A stretch of 64,000 nt of DNA, from assembly GCF_006345805.1 (NCBI RefSeq), contig NC_043015.1, positions 17,732,001-17,796,000 on the forward strand. Direction: 5' to 3'. The DNA is from Octopus sinensis (lineage: Eukaryota). Position numbers and translations under genes: made by a program. Positions 35,285 to 48,368 of this stretch are shown here, piece after piece (the stretch's first letter is position 1; each line of letters opens with the position of its first letter). The notes beneath the pieces were generated by a model that had not been told where the DNA came from, did not search any database, and saw only the letters and a list, made by a program, of their open reading frames with translations.

Positions 35285-36793
35285 GAGGCAAGTGAAAATC
35301 AAATCAAAACAAATCAAAATAGATGAACATCAATGGAATTTGTATCTTTGTGGTACCAGTGCCGGTGGCACACAAGCAAACCATCCGGACGTGGCCGTAG
35401 CCAGTACCGCATCGACTAGCCTCCGTGCTGTGGCACTAACAAACACCATCCGACGTGGCCGTCGCCAGCTCATCTGGCACCTGTGTCGGTGACACATAAA
35501 AACACCATCCGAAGACCCGGGCAGACTAGTCAGGCCATAACCCGTGGCCCCTACCTGGACGTAGTCAGTCCACCTGTGCATACCTTCCTTCTTGTGACAC
35601 TTGTGAAGACCTGTTGAGGCAAGTGAAAATCAAATCAAAACAAATCAAAATTGATGAACATCAATGGAATTTGTATCTTTGTGGTACCAGTGCCGGTAGC
35701 ACACAAGAAAACCATCCGAACGTGGCCGTAGCCAGTACCGCATCGACTGGCCATCGTGCTGTTGGCACATAACAAACGCCATCCAATCGTGGCTGTTCGC
35801 CAGCCTCATCTGGCACCTGTGTCAGTGGCACATAAAAACACCATCCGAAGACCCGGCAAGACTAGTCAGGTCATAACCTGTGGCCCCTACCTGGGACGTA
35901 GTCAGTCCACCTGTGCATACCTTCATTCTTGCGACACTTGTGAAGACCTGTTGAGGCAAGTGAAAATCAAAACAAATCAAAATAGATGAACATCAATGGA
36001 ATTTGTATTTTTGTGGTACCAGTGCCGGTGGCACACAAGAAAACCATCCGAACATGGCCGTAGCCAGTACCGCATCAACTGGCCTCCGTGCTGTGGGCAC
36101 GTAACAAACACCATCCGATCATGGCCGTTCGCCAGCCTCATGTGGCACCTGTGTCGGTGGCACATAAAAACACCATCCGAAGACCTGGCAAGACTAGTCA
36201 GGCCATAACCCGTGGCCCCTACCTGGGACGTAGTCAGTCCACCTGTGCATACCTTCCTTCTTGTGACTTGTGAAGACCTGTTGAGGCAAGTGAAAATCAA
36301 AAAACAATCAAAATAGATGAACATCAATGGAATTTGTATCTCTGTGGTACCAGTGCCGGTGGCACACAAGAAAACCATCCGAACGTGGCCGTAGCCAGTA
36401 CCGCATCGACTGGCCTCCGTGCTGTGGGCACGTAACAAACACCATTCGATCGTGGCCGTTCGCCAGCCTCATCTGGCACCTGTGTCGGTGGCACATACAA
36501 ACACCATCCGAGCGTGGCCGTCTGCCAGCCTGTCTGGCACCTGTGTCGGTGGCACATAAAAACACCATCCAAGCGTGGTCGTTCGCCAGCCTCGTCTGGC
36601 ACCTGTGTCGGTGGCACATAAAATCACCCACTACACTCTCGGAGTGGTTGGCGTTAGGAAGGGCATCCAGCTGTAGAAACACTGCCAGATCTGACTGGCC
36701 TGGTGCAGCCTTCGGGCTCCCCAGACCCCAGTTGAACCGTCCAACCCATGCTAGCATGGAAAGCGGACGTTAAATGATGATGATGATGATGAT
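35285..36793 (+). repeat. Tandem array (~330-bp unit, 3 units plus a terminal unit) of RTE 3' ends
   Basis: GAGGCAAGTGAAAATC recurs at 35285, 35616, 35953 and 36283. Each unit includes GAAGACCCGGCAAGACTAG, the end of the RTE ORF as at ~55148. The last unit runs into the canonical (ATG)n tail. Confidence 0.9.
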
Positions 36794-36914
36794 ATATTAT
36801 ATATATATATGCTATATAAATATATATATATATAGTAGTGCTTTTGGTAAGCTTGATAGGCGTCTGTGGAAACAACATAATATATCTTTATGAATATAAG
36901 TTAAGGTATATAAC

Positions 36915-37255
36915 ACATGCATCATCCTATCTTTGCTATATGGAAGTGAGGCATGGGTTGTTTACTGTAGGCAGGTAAGGCAATTGGAATGATTTCATCA
37001 ATACTGTCTGAGAAAAATTTTGGGGATAAGCTGGAAAATGGACATTAGTATTGTGGAGGTGCTTGAGAGGAGTGGCAATAGAAATATAGAATCAATGATT
37101 TTGCAAAGACGTTTGAGGTTGTGGGGTGGGGACATTTGGTAAGGATGAGTGATGAGCGACTGCCCAAGCAGCTATTGTATGGTGAACTGGAAGATGGCAG
37201 ATCAGTGCAAAAGCCTAAACTAAGGTTTAAGGATTACCTTAAAAATGCTCTTATA
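36915..37255 (+). mobile_element. RTE/BovB-like RT C-terminal fragment (family distinct from the 30-kb RTE)
   Basis: LLYGSEAWV...VLERSG...GHLVRMSDERLPKQLLYGELEDG...KPKLRFKDYLK. Confidence 0.75.
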
Positions 37256-37259
37256 CAGA

Positions 37260-37670
37260 CAGAAATGTCCAGTATCTGATCAGTGTCTGGTTCAAAACGT
37301 AAGTTCTAAATGTACAGTAATGACTTCAAATAATAGCTATATTTATTTCGGTTGTTCTATAGACCTGAAGAAACGTATAAATAATCATTTTTCTAGTTTT
37401 AGACTTAAACATAAGGCAGGTTGCACAACGCTGTCTAGTAAAATTTGGGAGTTGAAAGGAAATAGTATCGGATTTAACCTTAAATGGACATAATAAGAAA
37501 GGCACAGCCTTATAAAAATAGTAGAGATGAATGTGAACTTTGTTCTATGGAGATATATGAAATTTTGAAACATAGGAATAATGTAAACTTATTAAATAAC
37601 CGTTTTGATCTAGGGGCATCTTGCATACACTGTACTACCTGTACCTTTAAATATTTTAAAGAATAGCATT
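37260..37670 (+). mobile_element. Penelope-like element GIY-YIG endonuclease fragment
   Basis: KCPVSDQCLVQNV..KCTV...YFGCSIDLKKRINNH..SF...LSSKIWELK...KWT / IIRKAQPY....CELC. Confidence 0.8.
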
Positions 37671-38964
37671 CTAGTTATTCCTAAAGTTTGAATCTAAATG
37701 TTTTAAACTCAAATAAGGAAATAATGTACCCTACTAGTTTTTATTTAATCAATATTAGTTATTAAGAAATTTAGTAACATAAATAAATTAAATGAAGTGG
37801 AATAAAATCTTTTAAAATTTCTATAACTATTACATAAATACTATATATATCTAATAAAATTATTAAGTTGTATACCTAATCTACAAAAAGTTTTAAAGAA
37901 TTGGTAATTTCCATATCTATTTCTGCAAGAATCCTACTACACCTAATTCTTCTTTTCTTTCCTTTTTTTTTAACAAATATTACCTCTAACTACCCCAAAT
38001 GATTATGCCCCATAAAACCCACACTTCATTCTTAAATACTAAATTTAAATATTCCTAATTCTAAGAACTTTCATCTTGGTTGCCTCCCTTCCATTATATT
38101 TTTAAGTTTTTGATGTGTGTGCCAATTTATTTACTAAGAATATTCTCATAAAAAGTTCTTCTAAATCCCCTTAATTAATATAGAGAATCTATTTCCTGTG
38201 TGCTTTAAGTGCTTATTGCCCTCATGCATCTGCAACACATGCATCTATTAGTGTGTCTATAATCATCCCACCATACATCATCATTGTTGTTTTAATGTTC
38301 ACTATTCATGGTCAGGTAGAGTTTTCTATGGTTGGATACACCTCTTGTTACCAATCCTTACTTGTTTCCAAGCAAGGTAATATTTCCTCATAGCCAGACA
38401 TGTTTTCACAGAATATTCAAAATGCACCTCATTTGCATCCAAAGTGTAGAGTTGGGTACACCTAATGGAATTCCTACTTACTCCTTCACTGCATATCTAG
38501 CATGGCAATTTCCCTGAAGATAGGTGAGTTTTGTCTTTCCTAATCACTAAAACCTCAGTCTTTTTTAAGTTTACTTTGAGATCTTTGAAGTCTAGGTTTT
38601 TGCTTCTATGTCTAGAATTTCCCCTCTAAATCTTCTACAGATTTGGTCCTTAACAAACAAGGACCAGAACACAGGCTGACAGGTTGACAGCCAGAACACA
38701 GGCATGGGTGCATTTTATGAGGCACTGACACTTGCAAAGGACAAGCCTCTATGTATGGAAGACAACGATTTTACTTAGCTTGATGCATCTTTTCAAGTAC
38801 AGCAAATCATCACAGCTCTCAGTGATTTCCTTGTGATTTCCTCAGTGAGGTCCAGCATCTGAAGATCTTTTCTCACCACTTTGTTCCACATCTTCCTGAA
38901 TCTAAAACATTCTGAGACTTATTCTTACGACCAGATGATAGAGGAGGTGGGGGATTGTAGAAGA

Positions 38965-39460
38965 TTATCCTGAAGGTCCTTATAATTTGAGGCTACTTTT
39001 TCAAATATTTCTTTAGAAGGAAGGCATGTGATCCTATGGCTAATATTTAGAATTGAGATTTTAAATACAATAGGTGAGTGACAGGAATGTTTATTAATAT
39101 ATTCAAGGTTCTCATTAGGTTTGTAGAAGGGCTTAAATTAATTAGTTTTAAGATCTAAGGAAATATCCAAAAGGTCATTTTAGCCAAGTTGGTATCAATA
39201 GATATATTAAGTCCTAAAGACTATCAATACCAACCTAATTAAAACTTTTTAGACGTTTCCTTAAATCTTAAAACTAATTCATATATGCCCTTCCACAAAC
39301 CTAATGAGAACCTTAAATATATTAAAAGACATTCCTGTCACCCACCTATTGTATTTACAAACTTAATTCCAAATATTAGCCATAGGATCACATTCCTTTC
39401 TTCTTCTAAAGAAATATTCAAAAATGTTGCCCCATGTTATCAAAAAGTTTCCAGATTAGC
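38965..39460. mobile_element. Two inverted copies of a Penelope-like RT C-terminal segment forming a foldback
   Basis: The + arm encodes NFLDVSLNLKTNSYMPFHKPNENLKYIKRHSCHPP...SSKEIF. The same segment lies on the - strand at ~38965-39173. Centre near 39210. Confidence 0.8.
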
Positions 39461-39504
39461 TATGTTTAATAAAAAATAACTCATTTACCTAAGTTTTAAC
39501 ATCG

Positions 39505-40337
39505 TCTCCTATGAAATAGTCACCTTACACAGCAATACACCAGTCCCAGTATTCCTGCTACTTTTGTTACCTGTCTTAGAAGTTGTTTTCCATAAGTGAG
39601 CCAAGGACCTTCTGGGACTTGTCCTGGATCTTGGCAATGGTGTTAAAACAGCAAACTTTGAACTGCATTTTCTTCTTGGGGAAAAGATGGAAGTCTGCAG
39701 GTTCTAAATCTAGTGAATAGGGTGGGTGTGGAAGCGATGCCATGTTGTTTTTGACAAGAAATTCATGAGTAAGGAGAGCTCAATGACAGGGTGCATTGTC
39801 ATCATAAAGAATCCAATTCTTTGCACTCCACAGATATGGTCACTTTCCATGATTGTCCTCCATCAAACACTTTGAAACATTGAAGTAGACCTCTCTAATG
39901 ATGGTCTGGCCCTGGGCAATGAATTCTTCATGTACAATATTGTGGATATCAAAAGAAATGATGAGCATGCTCTTGATTGAGCTGTGACTCTGTCATGCAC
40001 CTATGCCATTCGAAACATCGCATATAACCCATTGCCTTGTCACTATAAGCTTGTCAAAGCATGCTCAATGTCTCTGTAGCAGACTTCCGAAGTTTAATGC
40101 AAAATTTCACATTGGCACTTTGTTCCAACTTCCTGTCCATGACAAAAATTGCAGACTCTAGCATACACATGATCATGAAAACACAAATTTCACAACTTGT
40201 GAAGTAAACACAGCAACGTCACTTGACACACTGCCTCATGAAGGTCACTGCTTGCTTTCACTGTACACACAAGCATGTGCTGCCATCTGTTAGTGTGCTA
40301 GAAAATTAGTCTGCAAACTTTTTGATGCCACCTCATA
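39505..40337 (-). mobile_element. mariner (irritans-like) remnant, internally deleted
   Basis: Minus-strand PHPPYSLDLEPADFHLFP (YSPDLAP motif). Terminal TA|TGAGGTGGCATCAAAAAGTTT resembles irritans-type TIRs. Confidence 0.65.
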
Positions 40338-40714
40338 ATAAGGCCCTACAGGATAGCAGATTCACTCTTAAAATTTTCTATAAACCCCAACTTTCTCTAT
40401 CATCTAGTGGTAAAAATAGGCCTTGGAAAATTTTATGGTTTGTGTCACCGTACTTTCTTCCTTAATGTTAGGACAAATGTAGATAGAAGATTCTTGCACT
40501 TAGTAGATATCCACTTCCCTAGAACCCATAGATACAACAAAATCTTTAACAGACACACCTCTTGTCCTCCTAATGCTAAGTCATATATCAATAAGCAATG
40601 GACGACTCAAGCCTTCCCCAGATGGTTTATGTCTGCTGAACATCAAACAGTTGTAACAATGGTTATCTCCCTTTTTGTTTTCTTTACAAGCATCTCTTCT
40701 TTAAATATTATCTG

Positions 40715-40782
<68 letters not shown>

Positions 40783-43345
40783 CAGATAAGCCCTTCTGTA
40801 TGTGTGTTTAATATATTATATATTATATATATATATATAAACACACATACAGAATGGGCTTCTTTCTACCAAATCCACTCACAAGGCTTTGATCAGCCTA
40901 AACTAGAGAAGACATTTGCCCAAGTTGTCACATAATGGTACTGAATCTTGAACCATGTGGTTGGGAAGCAACTTCTTCAGCCATGTTATTTGTACTGTTC
41001 TCACAAACCATTTATTTAGCCTTTACCTTCTTAGCAACCACCAGATAACAAGGTGTGGAACTGCTATTAAAATGATGAATGTGGTATAGGGACTTATTTT
41101 TAGCAAAGTGTCTGCACCTGTTTCACTAAGAAGATTGCTTCAATAATGTCTCTTCCTGGTACAAATTCAAACTGCATCTCATTTAAGTTAATTCTGTTCT
41201 TAATGTCATTTAATAACTAACAACAGATAAAACATTTTAATTAGATAACTGTTTTCATCAAACCAAGTTATTCATACTGACTACAGAATACATTTTGTTT
41301 GCTGTGTTAAAACACTGTTGATGTTGTTTAGGACTAGTCAACTAAGAAGGAGCAATGTTGTTGAAAAAGCTAGCAATGATGTTTTAATAACATATTTATA
41401 CATCAAATGTTACCATATTAATTTAATGTAGCAACAGAAAATCCATGCAAATAACATGATTTAAGTTTTAATTACATCTGTTTTCTTTCTGAACAACAAA
41501 ACTAGTCTCATCATCTTTAGATGCAAAGAGAGCTCGGTTTTTTTCTCTTTATAAACTACTTTAGGGTACATGTAGAGAATGAAGACATTGTTAAAAGAAG
41601 TAAGAATAATTCATGTACTTGGTTTAGAGAATGCCAGATTGATTCTTGAAGTTCATGAAGAGAAGTGCAGCAGAAGAAATGTGTACATCCATATATGAGA
41701 GTGAATGTGTGCAGCATCTATATATGAGACAAAGTGTGCAACAGATATGCACATGAATGTAAGAGAGACGGAATAACATTAAATGCTTTTCTGAAAATTT
41801 AACTGCTTTTACTTTTAAAAATTCTTTTTCCATTTTTCTATTTTTAATAAAGTTAGTTTTCATATACTTTGACTCTGACTTTCTGTCTTTTTGGAATCAA
41901 TGCAAATATGTTGGATAAAGTTTCACTGAAATACTATCTTTCCTATAAAACCACTTGGCTGACTGTTTTAGCAACTGACTTTCACATTTATCATTGGTTA
42001 ACATTCCCTTTTTGTCTGTGTGTCCCTCTCTTTCTTCCCCTCTCCCACCAAATTTGTATCATTATTTTTGCAGTAGTCAGCAACTTACTATTCCTTCTCC
42101 CTCACCCATTAAAACTTCACCATGTGTGCATGTTTGTTTTAATTACACTTCAGTTTAGTTTTTTTAATTTTTTATTGCTTTCAGAAACATAAATTCACCA
42201 AAACAATTCAGTTAAAATGTAGTCTTCAACTATATACAACTCACACACTTGTCGCTTCTTATAAATAAAGAGTTTATCACAGACATCATCTGTCTATTTT
42301 GTCCTGAATGTTTTATGGAAAAATTCATAATATCAAACTTTTCACTTGTCAAAATGCTAATACTGACACCCTCAGAAATATACTTCCAGATTCAACAATG
42401 AAATATTAAACAATAAATTGTTTATCTTTTGCAACCATTTTTTTTAATGTTATTCTCTTCTCCCAATTCTATTAAAAGTTCAAATACTCTAACATTTGAA
42501 CTGAGGTTTTTTTTTTTTGTTTTTTTTTGTCAAAGTGTTATTTCCTGTAAAGGGAAGAAATGGCATCAATAATCATTGTAGTAAATGTGTTGGTCTGAGT
42601 GTAAAAAGTATTGGTTTTGAGAGAAAGAAACTGGCTGTTGGGTTATTGACCTTTTTGAAGCTTAAGAAATTATCATAGCTTTATTGGTTGGAAGATAAAA
42701 GAAATTTTTTTATTAGGAAGGAAGTGTGAAATCAAGCAGATGATTTAAAATAGACAGAAAACACAGCATGGAAACACTGAAGTCTGGAGTTAGTGAGTAA
42801 TCAACAATGAAGTGAAGATAATGAAAAAGATGAAAAAAAATCTTGGCTTAATATGGTGCAAAAGCTTACAGATTATAAAGTTAAGGTGAATTTGAAGAAA
42901 ATTTGTTATTCTAGCAGGTAAAGTGATGGTGTATTTCTTTATTGACTTTAGATTATTTGAAAATTAATTAGATGGTTGGTATTTTACTATGGTATGGTCA
43001 AAATACTAATACTATATTTTAATTCATCAATAGATAGAAACTGTATTTTTATCGAAGATCTTTTGGGCCTAGTAAACAATCAGGAACTGTTAAGAGCAAA
43101 TATTGATTTTGAATACCAGGCTACTTACTTCATTACAATTTTTGCTGTGTGTACCAATGGTATTGGTAAATTTTGTTGAAGACTGCCAGGAGTCAGTGTT
43201 TATTTAATCAGTAGAAACATTATACTAATTTCTTAGATGTAAATTCAAAGAACTGAAACTGAGCTGGAGTAGTTAAAAACATGAACATAGATAATATACC
43301 AGAGCTAATGAGTTTTCTTAGCTGAGTAATATAATGTATGTTATT

Positions 43346-43703
43346 GTTATATTTTGGGAAGGTCATTTTTTTTCTTTTTACTTTTACCATATAAACACAT
43401 GCACTGCATACTCGTCCTTCACTTCTGCTTTGTTATTGTTCTTTTATTTTATTGTCTTTTGTTTGAAATCTTTTGTCACACATCCTGTGACCTCTTCGGT
43501 GATTCTCCATCCCACATGTCTCCTTCCATCCTGAAGGAGACACATGGGGTGCAGAATCGCTGAAGAGGTCACAAGATGTGTGATGAAAGATTTCAAACAA
43601 AGGACAATAAAATAAGAACAATAATAAAGCAGAAGTGAAGAACAAGTGTATAGTGCATGTGTTTATTTGACAAAAGAAAAAAATGACTGTCCCAAAATAT
43701 AAC
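43346..43703. repeat. 358-bp foldback palindrome (6-nt loop at 43527-43532)
   Basis: GTTATATTTTGGGA (43346) pairs with TCCCAAAATATAAC (43703). The inner GTCTCCTTC/GAAGGAGAC pair closes the loop. Opposite-strand ORFs 43354+ and 43433- give near-identical peptides. Confidence 0.93.
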
Positions 43704-44679
43704 TATTTCAACACGTGATTTCACATCACGAATCTTGCAAAACAGATACATAAACATAATAATGTATGCTATTGATTATATAACAGTTACCATGAAAGCT
43801 GCAACTTGTTTGAGACAAAAGTTTCTCTTTCTGTATGAAGAAAGATATTTTGAGACTAGTGAAAAGTACGATGATGACCTATCACAGTGAAATATGCTCA
43901 ATAAATGTAAACAATGTTATGATTAGGAGCAACAGCTGGATAAATTAAAGAGGAAAAAATATTTTATGAAAATAAGCTGAGAATTGAAATCAAAAGCACC
44001 AAAGATAATGACCACAATATGCCTACATGGATATGCAAAGGAATAAATTACATATGCTGAGTGAAAAAGTATATTGAATTATATAGGAAACTGAGGTTGC
44101 AATAAGCCTATGAAGCCTTGAAGCAATTAATTATAAACATTGATATCCATCCTATGACAATATAATATAACAGACATTAAAGTTTTGACAAATTGTTAAG
44201 GTTTTCAGTAGGGCTGCAGAAACTAAATTCAATAGGGCTTAGAAAGTTAAAGTCATTGTTGGTGTTTTTGTTCTCTATTCATTTATATATCATAACATGT
44301 TATCATAGGTTTATGTATGGAGGTATTTTGACATCCTATTGAGTATCCTGTCACATACATACATACATACATACATACACACACGTATGTATATATTTAT
44401 ATATATATATATATATATCATATAATTAAGGGCTAAAGAGGGTTATTCTAAAGCCAAATACACTGTTTTATCCACTTATAATCCGCTTGTTACAGGAAAA
44501 TTGAAACTGAAAACGGGCAACTAACCTTTAGAAAATTTAAATTTCGTTATCTCTATATTGAATCAATTTCGGACTTAATCTTACAAAAAAAAGTTATATT
44601 CCTTCTTCAGTAGAACTTTCGATGGGATATAAATAAAATACTCACGTATGATCATGGAAAAAGCACAAGCTATATATAT

Positions 44680-44975
44680 ATATATAAAAGACTGCTCCTA
44701 GAAAGTTTCTTTCCATGGCACAAGTCCAGGCAAGTTTGTGTATGGAAGACCAGCAGCCCATGCATACCGGCCTCCCTTTTCCATGCCACCAATGTTATCT
44801 GATGGAGAGGCAAAGTCTGATACAACTTGGCACCAGTGATCTCATTTCTACAGCTGAGTGAACTGGAGCAACATGAAATAAAGTGTCTTGCTCGAGAACA
44901 CAATACACAGCCCAGTCTCATTACTTCATGATTGTGAGTCTGATGCTGTAACCACTGAACATGTGCCTTCACATA
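44680..44975 (-). mobile_element. tRNA-derived SINE, third family
   Basis: The minus strand reads a tRNA-like head, then GTGTTCTCGAGCAAGACACTTTATTTCA (CORE-like) and a TGCATGGGC..GGTCTTCCATA tail. Confidence 0.7.
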
Positions 44976-45399
44976 TATATGTATATAGTAAAATAACAGG
45001 GAACCACCATTACTAGAAGAGGTTAGGAAGGTACTGAAAGAGAGGGAAATAAAATAAGACAAGATAAAAATTCAATAAAAAGTTGTAGAGTACAAAGAGG
45101 TATGAGGAGGTGTAATTTTCCATAATAGATTTATGTATACAAAAGTTTTAAACGTTCATGAATGTAAAAGTTTTAAGGGTATAAAAGTAGATAGGTAGAT
45201 AAATAAATAGACTGGCAGGTTGATAAATATATATAGGCAGATAGATTGATAAATAGAAAGATTATCATACATGTGGTGTGTGACCTTTTGAGAGCCTTGT
45301 TGTTGTGTGTTTTAGCTATATCTCATTAGCACTTTCAAATCAACAACTACAACATCAAAAGCAACAGTAATGACGGTAACCAGACTGGAACCATAAATG

Positions 45400-45960
45400 A
45401 CCAAAGGAGTGGAAGAATGAAAGAGAGCAGGCCAACAGAAGAATGAAAAGGGAGAAGAGTAAACACTGAATCTACATTAATCTACTATACTATGGAGAGG
45501 CAGTAGAGACAAGTTAAGAAACAACATCAAGAGATCTGGCCTCCCTGTCAGAATCATAAGTTGGGACCACACACTCAGACACTACCAATCTCCTATCAAA
45601 ACAATACAACCAATAAAGAGTGTCTGGTTGTGTTTTAAATCCAACACAGTGTACCAAATTCTCTTGTGGAGATACATAGGATCAACCAGAAGATAACTTC
45701 ACCTTAGAGTAAAGGAACACCTCCACAAGGCCACACCACTCTGTGCTATGTTCCAACCACCAACACTGTGGTGCAGGTTTCTTCACCCAGATACTGGCAA
45801 GGGGGATAGATGCAGTTAATGTCAGGATCACAGAGGTACACATCATTAAGAAGGCACTTAGCCAGAACCGCCATAATGAGCTGGATGCATTGAAACGCAT
45901 CTACTGCTTCCAGGATCTTTAACCAGATCCCACAATAGACATCAAAAAAGAACATAAGGA
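45400..45960 (+). mobile_element. Penelope-like (Poseidon-type) GIY-YIG remnant
   Basis: VYQI....YIGSTRR.LHLRVKEHL motif read across decayed frames at ~45645-45720. Confidence 0.6.
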
Positions 45961-46209
45961 TTAAGAAAGCCTGATAAAAAAGCATATTTATACTAGTATA
46001 CCCATGTCATCAAAAATTCTGTCAGTCTTATTAATGATAGAAAATGGCACATCAATACAATGGGGAAAACCCATTAATGTCAGCCCATTAATGTCAGTAA
46101 TCTAGTAAATATATGCACATACACAGAACTGAAACACTTGAAGAATCAGATATGATTAGTAACATTTCGGATAAAAATATCACCCACATAATGTACGTTT
46201 GTGTGTATG

Positions 46210-46258
<49 letters not shown>

Positions 46259-46329
46259 TATATATATGTGTGTGTGCGTGTGTGTGTAAATATATACATG
46301 CATATATATATATATTATAAATAGATGAG

Positions 46330-47264
46330 TGTATATTTAACACGGAAAAAATAAATAAATAGTTACCAGGGTAGCAAAAGTCTCACAAGTAAAGATGTTG
46401 TAACTCCTTGTTTATAAAGGTAGAAACTTCGTGTTTACGTTGAATAATTTGAATAATATATGAATAAATAAATGGAGTTTAACGCAGGTGTAATCAAATA
46501 TTTTTACTTTCGACACATGTTTCGAAAATTCCACTGATACTATTCAAAAGAATAAATAGTATAAACAATGCAATCTTCTCCTCATGAAAGTGAAAAAAGC
46601 GAAACTCGTCAATAAGACATTTTAGCAAAAAATGATGGATTTGTATTAGCGATAGACAGAACGCTATTAATATTGTTTAAAAAAAACATTATATGATATA
46701 ACGTCATAAGTAGCTAACAGAAAGAGTAGGGATACCAATAGTGAATGTTAAATATAAAGGAAATTAAAGTTTAAATTATATATAATGATAGAGACTACTT
46801 ATATGCACTAAATGTATATTTTTGCCAATGCTTACATCTGTATGCTCGTTCTATAACCGTGTTTACTAGAGTATTTTTAGAAAAAATAACGAAAAATTGC
46901 TCAGAATTGCAGAGAAGACAGAATTTCTTGCCTTTGTCATATGGTATCGAAATTGAGAGAATCAACCATTCTAAATGAAATTGTTCATTGTGGTCTTTTA
47001 AATCCCAAATCAGTTTGCTGAGACCGGTACTATTATGTTTATTTCTATCCCTAAATGTTGAGTAATGGATAGAAATTCTTTTAGATAACTCTAACGATGT
47101 GCTTCCAATGTAAAATCGTACTTTATTACGAGTACTGATTATACACTGGTATATAGAATTTTTAATCTTAGAGTTACTTGACATAAACTTAATTCTATTG
47201 GAATTGACTTCAGATACAATAACCTTGTAGACTTCCTTGGAAATAGATGCGTGGCTTTCAATTA
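46330..47264 (-). mobile_element. Penelope-like element 3' part: GIY-YIG endonuclease plus 3' pLTR-like region
   Basis: ORF 46795-47184: SIYQCII...FYIGSTSLELSKRISIHYSTF...TGLSKLIWDLK...CLLCNSE. The downstream region contains a hammerhead-like fold. Confidence 0.85.
46506..46591 (-). ncRNA. Type I hammerhead ribozyme relic (core CUG missing)
   Basis: Minus strand: ACTTTC - ATGA - long stem II - C GAAAC ATGT GTC - GAAAGT. Perfect 6-bp stem I and GUC cleavage triplet, but ATGA in place of CTGATGA. Confidence 0.55.
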
Positions 47265-47297
47265 GACAATAATATAAATTATATATATTATGTATAT

Positions 47298-47329
<32 letters not shown>

Positions 47330-47348
47330 TATTTATATATAATAAATA

Positions 47349-47384
<36 letters not shown>

Positions 47385-48135
47385 TATATAATAATATAAA
47401 TAATATATATATATATATATATATTATTTATATAATATAATATATAATATATATATATATATATATAATATATATATTATTTATATATAATAATATAAAT
47501 AATATATATATATATATATATTATTTATATATAATAATATAAATAATATATATATATATATATATTATTTATATATAATAAATAAATATAATTATATATA
47601 TATATATATATATTATTTATATATAATATATAATAATATATATATATATATATATTATTTATATATAATAATATAAATAATATATAGGCGCAGGAGTGGC
47701 TGTGTGGTAAGTAGCTTGCTAACCAACCACATGGTTCCGGGTTCAGTCCCACTGCGTGGCACCATGGGCAAGTGTCTTCTGCTATAGCCCCGGGCCGACC
47801 AATGCCTTGTGAGTGGATTTGGTAGACGGAAACTGAAAGAAGCCTGTCGTATATATGTATATATATGTATGTGTGTGTGTTTGTGTGTCTGTGTTTGTCC
47901 CCCTAGCATTGCTTGACAACCGATGCTGGTGTGTTTATGTACCCGTCACTTAGCGGTTCGGCAAAAGAGACCGATAGAATAAGTATGGGTACAAAAGAAT
48001 AAGTCCCGGGGTCGAGTTGCTCGATTAAAGGCGGTGCTCCAGCATGGCCGCAGTCAAATGACTGAAACAAGTAAAAGAGTAAAAAGAGTAAAGAGAATAT
48101 ATATATATATATATATTATTTATATATAATAATAT

Positions 48136-48176
<41 letters not shown>

Positions 48177-48215
48177 TATATATATATATATTATATTATA
48201 TCTAATAATAAAATG

Positions 48216-48254
<39 letters not shown>

Positions 48255-48272
48255 TTATATAGAATAAATATA

Positions 48273-48316
<44 letters not shown>

Positions 48317-48330
48317 ATATATATAATATA

Positions 48331-48368
<38 letters not shown>

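Noticed and set aside
35285-36600. CRISPR-like repeat array
   Set aside because: Eukaryotic context, ~330-bp units with no unique spacers, and the sequence derives from the RTE 3'UTR.
42976-43179. Cadherin-like pattern (IDFE....Y.ITI.A) in ORF 42976-43179
   Set aside because: Spacing is wrong for a cadherin repeat and there are no exon boundaries. The upstream AGKVMVYF suggests a very decayed mariner transposase instead.
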